From Malacoraja senta (taxonomy: Eukaryota), in NCBI GenBank assembly GCA_038087875.1, contig CM075995.1, positions 5,458,001 to 5,522,000 on the forward strand: a stretch of DNA of 64,000 nucleotides, in the 5' to 3' direction. Below, piece after piece: positions 50,033 through 63,793 of the stretch. The number at the start of each line of letters is the position of its first letter. The first letter of the stretch is position 1. The translations under genes and the position numbers were made by a program. The notes under the pieces are model-generated. The model saw nothing but the letters and a program-made list of their open reading frames with translations. It did no database searches and had not been told where the DNA came from.

Positions 50033-51125
50033 GTAAGACGAGCATAATAAATCTAACAAAGTATTTCTGACAAAGGTGAAAGTTTGGCGATGGTGAAAAA
50101 ATAGTGCAGGTTATTTGATTTTGATGTACCATCGCCCTATGTGCACCCTACTGGATGAATGTAGATTGTGTTTGCTTTTCTCGTGAATTTCTTTTCTACC
50201 CTTTGAATGAGCCAATATTGACCAGAATTTTCAACTCACAGAAAACAGAAATATACATTTAGTGTTATTAAAGATCAACATTTCTAAACACTGAATCTAA
50301 CATTTTGTAGGACTAGTGTAGAGTGGTTAAGAGAGTTTACACGGTAAATTTTTTATGGAATATGAAAATAGGAAAGTAGATTTATTTTCGAACTGTTTAA
50401 AATACTACGTGGACCACAGCAAGAGTTAATGCAATGCATCTCTTATGGCGTGTTTAATTTGTCCATTCCCAAAGGAATTGACTTATTTGATGACTTTGAG
50501 TGGTCATTTGTTAAATTTGTTGGATTTTTTACTTGCATAGTTAAGCGTATATTGTCTTTGCAAATAACTGCTTTATCTTTTTCGAGTTCTTGCTTATGAA
50601 ATACACATATTTTAGATTATTGCAAGTTGGTTATAATATTGAAGACTTTATTTCCTCATTTTTGCTCAGCTTTGCATTTACTTCCAAGACTGATCATCTG
50701 TTGGAATTCAATTTAAAATAATATGTAATGATATGTCTGTGTGGAAATTTTGTTAGCTATGAATCAATTGGTCTCCATTGAACCAGATTATAGATATGTC
50801 ACATTCTGGAGAAGAGCACTTTATATAACCTAGGACTTGAAATACTGAGAAAAAGCTCTGCAATTGGAGGTATATTCTTTGGAATGAGGTAATAAACCAC
50901 TGCCTCATTTGTTTTCACAGTTGGAAACAATTCGAGCCTTTCCAGCTGGAAATGTGTGGACAAATTGACTACAATGTTTGCAATATTACAGCAGTAATTA
51001 TATTAAAAATAACACAATGTTGCCTTTAAGAAATGGCCTCAGTTACCTCAATATTCTGATAGAAATTAGTAAGTATTATACCAATGCATATCTCTATTTC
51101 TAATGAGTGAATTTCTCTCCTGCAG

Positions 51126-51274
51126 TGATGATAAAAACCTTTGCTGTAAAGCCCTGGTAAGCAATGTCACGGCTGTGAGAAAAGATGATCTCTTGACTGA
51201 ATTGAATGACTTGAAACCTATCAGAGATGTCACAAGCACTCGAGATCTTAATATCTTCAATCAACCTCAATCAG
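51126..51274 (+). CDS. SWT1: SWT1 exon, PIN C-terminus (SDDKNLCCKALVS); 3' boundary uncertain (51274 GC donor or 51278 GT donor)
   Basis: Pyrimidine tract + CAG acceptor; S/T-x-D-x-N-L motif; in-frame TAG at 51277-51279 forces splicing before it. Confidence 0.88.
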
Positions 51275-52217
51275 GCTAGTTAGTGTATTATATTTCACCT
51301 AACACATATGGGTATTCTGATAAATAGATAATGAAAGCAGAAGCGTCTCTTTCGTACAGCCCTTGTGGGTTTCTTCCATAAATCGTAACTTGTGCAAAAT
51401 TTCACCCTTGCTACCTGCTCTCAGTACGTTCTAGTTGTCCATGATTCCAATTATGTTTTAACTTCATTGGCTTACTAAATCCTAATAGTTAGATTTCAAT
51501 ATGTATGTTTTCATCTGGGCATGTCCACATGACTGCCATTTTTCTCTTTTACTATTACTCCATCTTTAGTATTTTGTTCTTCTCACTTTGATTTTCTATC
51601 ACCCCCTTCCATTTTTTCATCATGACTAAAGTGTCAATTCTATCACATTTATGCTTTCAAACTTCCTCTGTCCAACTTTAAATACCTTCTCTAAACCTAA
51701 TTTTTAATTATAATTGTTCTATCGGTCATCCTCCCTTACATTTTGATATTCATTCGGCCATTGTTATTCCTCTGGAAAGCACCTTGGGACAAAATATAAC
51801 AGATGCTGAAAATTCAGAATTTGGACATGACAGAGAACTCTTTGAATGCACAGCATTTGTAAGGGTAGGAAATTAACATTAAGATTTGGATCCTTTATCA
51901 GGCGAAATCCAGGAATGGTGCCCAGACCTAATGAAAAATCATACTTGAAATATTAACTTTTTGTTTGTGGATCCTGAAGTAGCTGCTATAGATTTAAAGC
52001 ACATACTGTTTTAATTTCCTTAGTAACGCTTGTGTTCTCCAATAGTTATCACATGGTCTAAAAATGTATTTGGCTTCCCAAATACAAACTGGATCATAAT
52101 GAAATTGAAAGATCTAAAGTATTCTTGCTGTTCTCAGTGTATGGAGTATCTTGTGCTAATCAAATAAAACTTCAGCAGGCCGTGTAGATGCCCTTGCATT
52201 TTCACTCCTGAGGAAAT

Positions 52218-52880
52218 CATAATAATCATAATCATAATTGTAATTTATTAGCCAAGTATGTTTTGCAACATACGAAGAATTTGGTTTTCCATACAGTTAT
52301 ACCAAAAAAATCAAGAAGCCACACAACTACATAAAAAATTGACATAATCCACCACAGCGGCTCCTCCCCATCTCCCACTGTGATGGAAGGCAATAAAGTC
52401 TTATCTTCTTTCCTCCTTATCTCCCGCGGTCGGGGGAGTCGAACCAGCTGCAGTCGGGGCGATCGAAGCTCCCGCGTCGGGGCGGTCGAAGCTCCCGAAG
52501 TCGGTCTCTAACAAGGGAACGCGAGCTCCATGATGTTAAAGTACGCAGGCTCCCGCGGTTGGAGCTCCGAGGTCGATCCCTGGCAAAGGGATCGCCAGGT
52601 CACGATGTTAAGTCCACAGGCTCCCGTGGTTGGAGCTCGGAGGTCCAAGCAAGGGGCCGCCAACTCCATGATGTTAGGCCGCAGAGCAGATGGAGATACG
52701 ACACGGGAAAAAGTCGCATCTCCGTCGAGGAAAGAGATTAAAAAAAGTTTCCCCCACCACCCCCCACATAATACAAAACTAAAGATGAACTAAAACACAC
52801 ATTTTACAACAAACTAAAATAACAAAGAAGGAAAAAGATGAGACAGACTGTTGGCGAGGCAGCCATCGTACGGCGCCCCC
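52218..52880 (-). mobile_element. GC-rich non-autonomous retroelement, copy D (tail like the Rex copy at 24800)
   Basis: Minus-strand 5' GGGGGCGCCGTACGATGGCTGCCTCGCC; both hairpins; tail CAAATTCTTCGTATGT..ATACTTGGCTAATAAA. Confidence 0.75.
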
Positions 52881-53329
52881 ATACTAAGCTTTCAGATGGA
52901 TATAAACTAATTGTAACTATGTAGCTCTCTTCCTTGAGTACTGTTATGATGGGGATGACTCGTAGCTAAATATGTTACAACAGCAAGTTTGTCTAACTAT
53001 TTTGATTAAATGTTACTAATGTTCATTCTTTATTCATTTACAAATGTGAAATCCTTATTGCTTGATTCTATGTTCCAAAGGTATTTAATCACCCTGGTAG
53101 TCAAGGAAGAAAACTGCAACCCAAGTTACCCAATACAAAATATTTAATGGAACGGAACAAGAACATTTAAGAATGGCAGTGCAAATGGTGTGCTACAATG
53201 GCAGCATTGAGAATTTCTGGAGACAGTTGCAATTTCGGACAATCTTATTTGTAGTGGGTGTTTGCATCTTGAAAAGCTTTACCTCTGAACTGATGATCTG
53301 GAATCGGAAAGTCTTACACTGAAATATGT

Positions 53330-55030
53330 CAGGGAAGAGGAAAGTTTTAAACTGGATGCAGATATAGTTACTTCCATTGAGATGAGCAACAACAATGGTA
53401 TGTGTCTGGTTAACAGTCAGGAATTTGAGAAATGCAATAACAATTAAAACAAAAAGGGGACTACTGAAGCAATACCAGCTCTTGCCCTTGTTCAACAAAT
53501 ATGTGCCAGTGTAAGTGGGGGGAAAAGGGTACAGGATGGATGAGCAAGCGGACCACGGCACTGCAATACGAGAAGCCGTGCAAAGAGCGAGTGATGTGTT
53601 AGGGAATATACTTGTATTGTGGACATTAAAATCAGGGTGATCGTTACTCTTCTCAGCAGCTGACATGGTTGGATCAATGGAAACCTTTGATTATGTTCTA
53701 TGATGGGTGCTAGGTTAAAAATGTCTCCTTGACACTGAAGAAGAACTTGGAATTGGAATAGAAGAGTCCAGTTATTGTGATCCATGTAGAAACCAATGGC
53801 ATAGGTAGAGCTAGAAATGACGCTGTGCTGAGAAGGTTTGAGGAGATGGAGTCTAGGTCAAGCAAGACCCTCAAAGTTGAATAATTTAAATGTATGACAG
53901 TGGTGTGGGAGGCAGATTTGTGCCGTTCTTGGGGATGAGAGAACTTGCTTGGGATTGGCTCCATTTGGGCTCGAACCAGTGCCTGAGGAAGGCAAAACTG
54001 GATCAGTTGACCGGGCTTAAATCAACAATGATTGGGGAAGAGAGGTGGGAAAATTCATGAAAGAGTTAATTTTAAAAGTTGCAAAAAAAATATTAAACCC
54101 TTAAAGGAGAACAAAATTTATGGTAAGAAATAGGCTGAGCAGGTCAGGAAGGGTCTCAGCAGGGTTACAAAGTTAATAGGGCATTTGTAATGTTGCAAGA
54201 TGGTAAGACATAGAAAAAATTGCAATCTAATAGATTCTATTAAGAAAGTAAATGAATTATTTGCAACTAAAGTACATAATTGGAAATTAATAGGTTTAGC
54301 TTACAGCCATTGTGGAGAGGTACTTCTGAAGTACAGGTTACCCCACCCCCCCCCCCCCATGTTACGGCCATTCACGTAATGGAAATTCGAAATTTGAAAA
54401 CAGAATTCATAGATAACGACACAAACATGAGATGCAGAATAAAATTCACTTGCAGAACCTATGTGAAAAAAGGGTAAATAAATAAACATAATTTATTTAT
54501 TCAACTCTCGTTTTATGACGCGTGCACAAATAGTTAACAGAACATTGCGATAAGGATCATTTTTCAGATCATAACCTCCAATAACACAGGGGTAGCCAAT
54601 GTTGGGAATTAAATGTTCCATTAGACGTTCAGACGAGAGAGACAAAATGGTCAAGGGGGAGAAAAGGTTTCCCTGATGATAGAGGATTTGCCATGGTTGG
54701 ATAACCCCCAACATTGATTTCAGTTGTCCGTAGGCATCTAGACAGTAGTGGTAATGCAGGCACAGAATAATTCTAGAAATTAGAGATGTATGTAATAGAA
54801 GAGAAATTAATGAAGTATATATGAGATGGTTTCTAGATAAGTACACTGAGAAACCAACTGGGAACAGGATATTTTAGATCGGGTATTGTGCAGTGAGAAA
54901 GAGTTAATCAATAATTTTATAATTAAGGGGCCTTTAGAGAAGAAGAATATTAAATGGTGGAATTTTGTATAAAAATTGTAAGTGATTTAGTTCAGTCAAC
55001 CAGACACGAGTTGGCCATGGTAGATTCAGA
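53330..55030 (+). mobile_element. Heavily degraded CR1 5' region (ORF1 SGNH esterase-like and APE remnants)
   Basis: PVIVIHVETNGIGR..DAVLRRFEE near 53770; PT..Q.ILDRVLC near 54860. Confidence 0.55.
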
Positions 55031-55495
55031 AACTACATTGTGATGGTTAACGACTTGCATTGCGTGCATCAGTACACATTTTCAACACTTAAACAAATCA
55101 ACAAGAAAAATGGGTTGGGAGGTTGTAGTTGTTAGGTTGCTGCAGGAATCAAGAAAAGAATCACTCACTGCAAATGATGTTAAAATTCCAGCTAGTGAAT
55201 AGTTTGTTCCCTGACTTCCCATTGATTTAAATTTTACTGGTTTGGCCAAACAGCTCTCAGAACAGGGAAAATGGGAGTCATGGAAAGTAAGCCAAACATT
55301 GGACAAGTGGAACATCCAGTCCACATCAAGGTGACATAGGCAGACATTCAGTCTGAGCTCACAAGAGCAGAAGTAACTATCTTGATTCCACACTAGGTCA
55401 AATGCAATCTTGTCATTAAGTGCAGTGATTCACACCTTGCTTTTTGAATTTAGTTATCATTCATATTTTGAACCCAAATCTAATGTCAGTAAATG

Positions 55496-55820
55496 ATCGA
55501 GACCCTTCTTCAGACTGAGAGTCAAGGAAGAGGGGAACTAGAGATATGGATGGGTAAGGTGTGAAAACGACAGATCAAAACAGAAGAAGTACAAGGAAAA
55601 ATAGAATGGTTCATTGTTGGCTGAGAGGGTGACAACGTGGCATACAAACAGTAACATTGATCAGGAGGACAGTGAAACTAGTCGGAAAACTAGGGCAGGG
55701 GAGGAACGGAGAGAGAGGGAAAGCCAGGGTTGCTTAAAGTTAGAGAAATAAATAGTCATACTGCTGGGTTGTACACTGCCCAAGCAAAATATGAGGTGCT
55801 GTTCCACAACTTGCAGTTTG
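55496..55820 (-). mobile_element. Penelope-like 3' fragment
   Basis: EQHLIFCLGSVQPSSMTIYFSNF; similar to 31070-31400. Confidence 0.8.
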
Positions 55821-56515
55821 TTATTTTTAGTGCGTCCTAATGTATGTATTAGTGTCTCTTGGTGTGTCTTATACCGGGGGGTGCTGGTGAGGGAATGGGG
55901 GAAGCTGTTTCCAGTCACCTACCTCGGCGGAGATGCGACTTCTCTCCGTGTCGCATTTTCGCCCCCCTCGCTGCCTATCAACTGGATTGTTGCTGCCTTT
56001 GAGACCGGCCCAGAGCCTAGAGCTTCAGCAGCAGGCGCAGCGTGGACTTCAACATCGCGGAGCTCCAGTGTTGGAGCTCTGACCGCGGGGGCCTGCTCTA
56101 ACATCATGGAGCTTGGTCTGTGGAGCTTCTGGCCGTGGGCGCAGCACGGACTTTACAATCGTGGAGCTGCCTGCGACCTTCGCCGTGGATCACCTGAAGA
56201 GGTGCCCCGACCACTGGGCCTGTGGACTTGGCATCGTGAAGCCGCGGTCTCCGTGTACGAAGCGGCCGATTCGGGAATTCTGAGCCACGGGGTGTTCCGA
56301 TCCGTCCTGACGTCGGAATTTCCATCATCCCGGCGAGAGGACCTGTACATCGGGCTGTCCGTAGTGGTGATTGCGGAGGGTTCATGGCCCCGACCACGGG
56401 TCCACAGAACGAGGAAGACTGAACTTTTGTGCCTTCCATCACAGCGGGAAGTGCTGGTCCCACTGTGGTGGATGTTTTATGTTTAATTTCTGTTGTGTAT
56501 TGTGTTCTTTCTTTC
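55820..56515 (+). mobile_element. GC-rich non-autonomous retroelement, copy E (both ends truncated)
   Basis: G-tract, hairpins at 55926-55963 and 56435-56472. Confidence 0.7.
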
Positions 56516-56619
56516 TTGATGGGAGAGCTCTGCTCATCCGTACAGCTTACCCTTGAGCAAAACTGCAAAATGCAGATGGCACCAGTCAACTTCGGTTGGA
56601 TTGAAAGACACTTAATAAT

Positions 56620-56900
56620 GTTAAACCCTCTATTTAATGGACCCCTTTGTAATTGATTTTGGTTATAGTAGACGGACCTGCCGACGCCTCTCCAGCTAGG
56701 TGCACCCCCGGCTTGCAAGGTGCATCAGCGAGCCCTTCTCCACCGACTGCACGGTCTGGATGACGCAGCTGCTGTTGCAGCTCCCGTTGTAGCCCCTGGG
56801 GACAGTATTTTCTTCAGACCGCCGCATCCGACAGGACGCGCTCTGTATGGGGCTTCCTCCCTTCCCACCTGCTGCTGCTTTTTCCTGTTGGCCTGTTGCT
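56620..56900 (+). mobile_element. Partial copy of the pogo-like element at 28133
   Basis: Shared TTTAATGGACCCCTTT, CAAGGTGCA..GCGAGCCCTTCT, CCTGGGGACAGT..TTTCTTCAG. Confidence 0.6.
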
Positions 56901-56934
56901 TTGGCTGCTCCTTGCTCCACTTTCACGCAGACTT

Positions 56935-57203
56935 TAAGAGATACTGCGTGGAAACAGGCCCGTGTCCACACTGACCAACAATCACCCTGTACATTAACAC
57001 TCTCCTGTACAATAGGAACAATTTACAATTTTGCCGAAGCTAATTAACCCACAAACCTGTACATCTTTGGAGTGTGGCAGGAAACTGGAGAACCAGGAGA
57101 AAACCTGTACGGTCGCAGGGAGAACGTACACCCCCTAGTCAGGATTGAACCTGGGTCTCTGGTGCTGTGTGGCAGCAACTCTACCGCTGCGCCACTGTAC
57201 CAC
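56935..57203 (-). mobile_element. V-SINE (HE1-like)
   Basis: Minus-strand head GTGGCGCAGCGGTAGA...GGTTCAATCC and V-domain. Confidence 0.8.
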
Positions 57204-57299
57204 CCTTCTCCAGCGTTATTTTGCGGTGGTCCATTGCCCACTCTTGCTTCTGTGTTACTCATGATATATTTTATGCCTGCTCTTGCTTTTATGCTGTCT

Positions 57300-57800
57300 T
57301 TGACTACCTTTAGCAGCCACAGTTACCTCATTCTCCCCTTAGTATGTTTCTTTCTCTTTGGGATGTAAAGATGCTATATCTCTCAAATTACTCCCAGAAA
57401 CGCTTGCCATTGCTGCTCCACTGTCATTACTGCTCGGGCCCCCTTCCAATTAATTTTAGTCAGCTCCTCCCTCATACCTCCATAGTTACCTTTACTCAAC
57501 AGTGATACCAATATATTTGATTTTGGCTTATCCCTCTCAAACAGCAGGTTGCATTTGTTCATATTATGATCACTGCCTCCTAGAGGTTACTTCATCCTAG
57601 CTCCCTAATCGAATCCGGTTCATTACACAACACTCAATCCAGAATTGCCTTTTCCCTAATGGGCTCGGCCATGAGCTGCACTAAAGAGCCATCTCATAGG
57701 TATTATACAAATTCCTTCTCTTGGGATCCCGATTTTCCCAGTCTACCTGCTTAGTGAAGTCCCCCATGACCACTGTAACATGGCCTTCTTGCATGCCTTT
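57300..57800 (-). mobile_element. Degraded CR1 ORF2 fragment
   Basis: Reverse-complement similarity to 38580-39000. Confidence 0.65.
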
Positions 57801-58679
57801 TATTACTGTACAAGTCAACCCATGGTTTTGCAGAGCAGTTATTTGTAACATTTAAGTGGCAAGAAGTTAAGAGGGTTTTGAGTTTAGTGAACCTGCTCTT
57901 AGAATCTTACAAAAATATAAATTTTTGGTCCCATTTCTCCATGGCTCTTCATGTTTTTATTTTAGGAAACTTTTACAAGTGTCTGGGTGCTATTAATTTA
58001 AATATGTATCTATTGTGATTTTCCTAACTTGAAATTATGCCTTTATATCTGTCCAAAATATGTTTCAGAGCCGCCTATTTCCTTACTGGAAAATGGAATA
58101 TATTCCCAGTTTGGGATACAACATTAGCAGTAATGCCTAGAAAACTAGACCCTGTAGGGACTTATTTTTGTGTTCTGTTTATTCAATTACATTGATTATA
58201 AGTATCAGAAATTCAGTGTATTATTGTGAATTGCACAGACAACGCGGAAGTATAAACAAGCAACTTAAATTTAGAAAGTAAAAAAATGCAAGACCTGGCA
58301 CAAAGTGTCATAGATACCCGAAAAGGGTTTGCATGCATTTCATAGTTGCTTGAGCAATGGTGAGAAGTAACATTTGGGGATGGAGGGAATGCTTGGGATT
58401 TTGGAATTTGAAAGAGAACAGAAGCGTTGTCAACTAGCTGCTGCTGCTGGAATTGGTTAAGGTGTTGGGTCTGTGATGGTGGAAATCTGCATAGGAGTGT
58501 GTTGGAAGTTCACGTGCACGTCCAATCTAGTGTACTGCATTCAATGGTCACAATGTGGCCTCCTCTGCATGGAGAATTCAAACACAGCCCCAGCATCTGC
58601 AGTTCCCTCGTACACATCTACGGTGGATTGCGTAAGACCTGTGCTCAGTCTGCAGGAATGACCCTGAGCTTCTCATAGG

Positions 58680-59182
58680 GTCATAGCGTGATACAGTGTG
58701 GAAACAGGCCTTTCAGCCCAACTTGCCCACACCGGCCAACATGTCCCAGCTGCACTAGTCCCACCTGCCTGCCTTTGGTCCATATCCCTCCAAACCTGTC
58801 CTATCCATGTACCAGTTTAACTGTTTCTTAAATGTTGGGATAGTCTCTGCCTCAAGTACCTCCTCCGGCAGTTTGTTCCATACATTCACCAAAAAGTTAC
58901 CCCCCAGATTCCAATTAAATCTTTTCCCCTTCACCTTAAACCTATCTCCTCTGGTCCTCAGTTCACCTACTCTGGGCAAGAGACTCTGTGGATCTACCCG
59001 ATCTATTCCTCTCATGATCTTATACACTTCTATAAGATCATCCCTCATCATCCTGCACTCCAAGGAATAGAGTCCCAGCATACTTAACCTCTCCCTATAG
59101 CTCAGACTCTCTAATCTTCTCTGTACCCTTTCCAGCATGACATCTTTGGTATAACATGGTGCCCAGATCTGAGCACAATACT
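58680..59182 (-). mobile_element. CR1 LINE 3' end
   Basis: EYCAQIWAP..LGLYSLECRMMRDDLIEVYK. Confidence 0.9.
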
Positions 59183-60984
59183 CGGTTTGTCTTAATTTTA
59201 ATTGGCTGCCCCTTTCCTCCTCTGACTTCTGGGCCACGGCCTCCTACACTGTTAGCCAATTAAGCCTAATCTAAGTATCTCTGGAAGGAAAAAACTTTTA
59301 AATTTCAGGTTGAAAAACCTTCCTCTGAGCAAAGAAAGAGAATGCAAGTTGGTACAAATGATAGAGAAGGTGCAGGAGGGCAAGGGTGAGTGATGTTGTC
59401 CAGTCAGGCTTACTGGGATATGCTGAACAGACCAGAATGTGCAAATGAAAGAGCAAACATAAAAGAGAAAAGTAAATACAGGTACAGAAGTCAAAGGTAA
59501 TGGGGAGAAGGCAGTGAAATGGGGTTGAAAGGAAAATATAGATCTTTTGTCAAATGTCGGTGTGGATTTGATGGGCTGAATGGCCTAATTCTGCCCCCAT
59601 GTCATGCTCTTATGAAATTATGAATCCTGATGCAATTAGAAAGAAAGAGCAAACTATCTGAAGCTTCAGAAGTTGGTGTTGAGTACTGCATACTATAACA
59701 TGCCCTGACAAAAAGATGGGATGGTGTCAGCTTGAGGATGGAAAAACGGCATTAATTACAGGCAAGTAAAATCCGAGAAAACCCGTAGCAAGACACCGAC
59801 TGCAGAAACCTGCAGATGCTGATCTAGTTTTGAGATTTTGTATCTATCCTAGCAAAATGACAATATAGATGTTGATGAAGAGGAGCAAAATGAAATATGG
59901 CCAGAGGAAATTGAAAGGGTTAAGCATTTTTGAAACAGTGAGTCACAGATGAAATGTATCCCAAGTTTTTTACGGAAATCGTAGAAAGAAATTCCATCAG
60001 CAAGCCAATTCTCTCTGCCTTCAGGTGTGATATTAGACAATGAGATGAGAAGAGAAGAAAGTCTCTTCATTCAGGGATGCTGCAAATCAGGAATTCGCTA
60101 GGTGTAAAGGTTGGAAGACAGAAGCTATTATTGTATCTAAGAGATACTCACATGCATTTAATGTGCTGTAAAGGACATACAGTGAAACAAATGAATCGGT
60201 TGGATAGCTCTTTTTCAGCCAATATGTATTCAGTGGCTAATTGGCTTCCTTGTATTTTATAAATCTCTTTGATTCAAATGCAGGAAAAATGTTGGATTAT
60301 TTAGTTTAATGCCAAAAAATGTGTAAAAGGTAAAGGGAGACAGAATTAAGACAGATAGATAACGAAGAAAGAAAAAGCGAAGACAATTCTTTTTGGTTTT
60401 TATTTGTAATAATCTCCAACAACATGTAAAAACTAAACAGATGAGGTTTCACACATGTCAAATTAACTTAAGGTTTTGGTGATGATTATGGTTAAAACTG
60501 CACCTATATTTGAATGAACATATCTGACAGCTTCCTACTTCATTTGGGGATAGGTGCTGCAGCTTTGTATGTTCATGGGTTTCACTGCACCTGTTTTCCA
60601 TATGAGCTACTGTTAGGTTAAAATTTCTGGAGGATAAGAGGAAATTGGAAGTGGCTTCCATTATTTCTGACACACAATTCATAATTGTATTTACCTAGCA
60701 AGTACAGCGAGTACAAGTATAACTTGAGCAGTTTTTTGATTTTAAATTACAATAATTTGCTGCCTAATATTTATAATGTCTGAACCCAGTGCTTGTTGAC
60801 AATTTAACTAACTGTTAATACATTGAATGATGTATGCTTGGTTACGTAGTGAAATAGATTATTGTGATTTATTTTGGGGAAACCCTAACCTGAGATATTT
60901 AGTACTCCTGATTTGGAATTTCTGTTATTTGATAAAGGAAGTGATATTGAGTGAACTGTCTTGCAGGGAAAACATAAAAATTAA

Positions 60985-61175
60985 CGAGCAAAACACAGTG
61001 CTGGAGGAACTCAGCGGGTCAGGCAGTATTTGTGGAGGAAATGGACAGACAATGTTTTGGGTCGGGGCACTTCTTCAGACTGCCCATTCCCTCCACAGAT
61101 GCTGCCTGACCTGCTAAGTTCCTCAGGTTCTTTGTATTTTGCTCAAGGTTCCAGCATCTGCAGTTCCTGTGTGTC
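60985..61175. mobile_element. Degraded palindromic Penelope-derived element
   Basis: Inverted pLTR arms, end CAGCATCTGCAGTTCC. Confidence 0.65.
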
Positions 61176-61759
61176 CAGAATAATTGAAGAACTTGGCCTG
61201 TGTCCACTTGTCCCTCTTCATCTGTACTCTAAGGATGTCCTATTTCTCTCACCATCCTGTACTAAGCTGGTTTCCTCTTAAAAGCACCATTATATTTGGC
61301 TTAAATATTCTGAAATAGCCAGTTCCAGGTTCTAACTGCTCTCTATGAATACAGCAGTATTTTTTCTAAATTCCCTTTTGCAATTATCAGTGATCTTTCT
61401 TATTTATTTCCACCAGTTGTGAAATCATCACCTGATCAATGCATAGACACAGAGTATGCTTCCACAGAATACAACATTCACAGAATATGAAGCTCAAGAT
61501 TGTAATCGGGAGAAGAGATATTGTTCTGGAAGTTAACTCACTAAGTAGAAATAGAGAGATGGCAGTTCAACTCAAAACTGTGAAATTGATTTGGTGTGGA
61601 ACAAGAGAACTCCAGGATGCCTTCTGTGAACTTGACATCACATGTGCATGAATTAATTCAAGCTGAATGAATTTAAATTCTGAGTTTGGAGCTTGACCAA
61701 TCCCAGGTTTCATTACAGTCCATTTATGAGATTAAGTATTTTGTTGATGACATGTTTTT

Positions 61760-61990
61760 GGAGGTGCTGTTTGTGTGGAGTTTGCACATTCTTTCTGTGA
61801 CTGGGTTTTCCCTGTGTCCTCTTGTTTCCGCACACATTCAAAGATTTGCTGATTAATTGTCCACTGTAAATTATCCCGAATGTAGGTGATTGCTAGGCGA
61901 TTATAGGGTTGTGTTAATTGTAATTCATGTGATGGAGAATAGGTTGCAGGAAACAAGTGGGGGAATAAAATTGATGGAATTGATCTAAGA
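61760..61990 (+). mobile_element. Degraded V-SINE
   Basis: GGTGCTGTTTGTGTGGAGTTTGCACATTCT V-domain. Confidence 0.7.
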
Positions 61991-63127
61991 TTTAGTAGAG
62001 ACTCCAAGGGCAGAACAGTGGCCTCATTCATGTAGCAGTATAATAAAAATACTTTCAAATGGTAAACTGCGGGAGCAGTGCTCACATTCCATAAAATAAA
62101 TTGGTTATTCTTCTCCACCAATCTGAGCTTGCAGACTTTGGCATAGGAAGGGGAAAATTTGGATTATACCAATAGATCCTCAGGAGATAGCATTTACACA
62201 TTTTACAGTTGCTGAAAATCATGGCTCAAATTCTGCAGCTATTAATTGATTACTGCCTCTCATCTATCACCGCCTTTCTGAAATGGGTTGCCGAACAGCT
62301 AAATATCAAGATGAACAGAGTGGCATTTTCCCCCATTTCTAATGACAATATGAAGAATGGAATAATTGATCGCAGAATGGTGCCATGAGTGAACTGATGA
62401 TAAGGCAAAATGGGAGAGAATTTTGGTAATGTAAAATCCAAATGTCCCTTTCCATATATTAGAAGAGAAAATAGTTTATTAAATATAAAGCTGTGTAAAT
62501 TTTAAATGTAAATACTCAAAAGTTTTCTAGAAGTACATATCTCTGAGATGCCCAGAAAACTGAAAATTTACTTTCAGTTCCTGTTTTAAAGGTTTGAATT
62601 TTGCCCATTTAGGCTTTCATTTATTTTCTCTGGGTAAAGTGAATAAACTTTTGGCATATACACAAGAGAAAATACAGCTTGACTACAATTTAATTCTCTC
62701 CACCCTTTACTTTGGCTCTGCACATACTTCCTTTCCTGTCACCCCCCCCCCCATTCGGAACACCCACACACATTTCCATAAATACTTTTTAATGCAGTAT
62801 TGTGGCTAAAATAAAAAGGTGGTTTTGAAGTCCGGAGATGACTTGGAAAGTTACTAGCCAATCTAACGAACTTGAGAAAGGCTATTTGTCTTTTGAAGCC
62901 TGCATTGTTTTGTGATATCAACGGCACGATACATGAAAATTAATATTTGAACTTTGATTTTGTTTAATTGCAAGCATATCTAATTCTACTGAGGACTATC
63001 ATCCTAAACTATTTGAATCTTCACCATTTTGTACCTATTCTTAGCAATTGGGGGGCAGAAAGAAATTACAATTTCAATAAGTAGGAATAAACATGAAAAC
63101 TGTATAATTTAGAAGTCTGTTTTTCAG

Positions 63128-63163
63128 AATGTTCTTTTTCCCCTGTTCATGCTTTATCATCAG
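63128..63163 (+). CDS. Candidate 36-nt in-frame SWT1 micro-exon, phase 1/1
   Basis: TCTGTTTTTCAG acceptor, CAG|GTATGC donor, no stop; no homology support. Confidence 0.25.
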
Positions 63164-63439
63164 GTATGCTTGTGCTGAATCTTAAGTGAGAATATATGCA
63201 GAATTAAAGCACATTTCATATTGTGGGCGTAATTTCTTATTCTATTCCCCATGTGGTAGGCCTTTTTCCAAATCTGGAACAGTGATTCAGTGTTGCACTA
63301 TAATATTATGGCTGGTGGCAGCAGCTTCCAATTTTTCCACTTTGTTCAGAAGCTGTGTACTCAAGTGAAATAACATATCAAGAGTGTGCTATTCTGTCCA
63401 TCCTGTACAATAACATTACTAGCTTACTGTTGAAAGGGA

Positions 63440-63740
63440 TTATTCAGTCTTACAAAGGATTTGCAAGCAAATGGCCATCAAGAAATGGGCATAGTTTCAA
63501 AATGAAGGGTCCTCCAAATGTGAAGAGGAGTTTCCTTCTCTGGAGCTTGGGAGTCTTTGGAATTCTGTACTTTATGAAGTTGCAGAGAATAACTCAATGA
63601 ATATATTCAAGGCTGTGATATACAGAATTTGGTGGAATGGGTATGAAAGTGGAACGTGGGGACAATCCGATCATCCATGACATTTTTGAATGGCAAAGGC
63701 TTGAGGAGCCACATGGTCTCATTCGACTCTTATGTTTCAA
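63440..63740 (+). mobile_element. Degraded CR1 3' end
   Basis: CTTTGGAATTCT..ATATTCAAGGCTG..TTGAATGGC..GGCTTGAGG remnants. Confidence 0.6.
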
Positions 63741-63793
63741 GTACAATAACATTTCTGACAATCTTGCTTGCTTTCTACCTAATCATGTAAAAT

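Noticed and set aside
59853..60110. Purine-rich exon-like stretch (QNDNIDVDEEEQNEIWPEE)
   Set aside because: In-frame stops and no resemblance to the SWT1 C-terminus; origin unresolved
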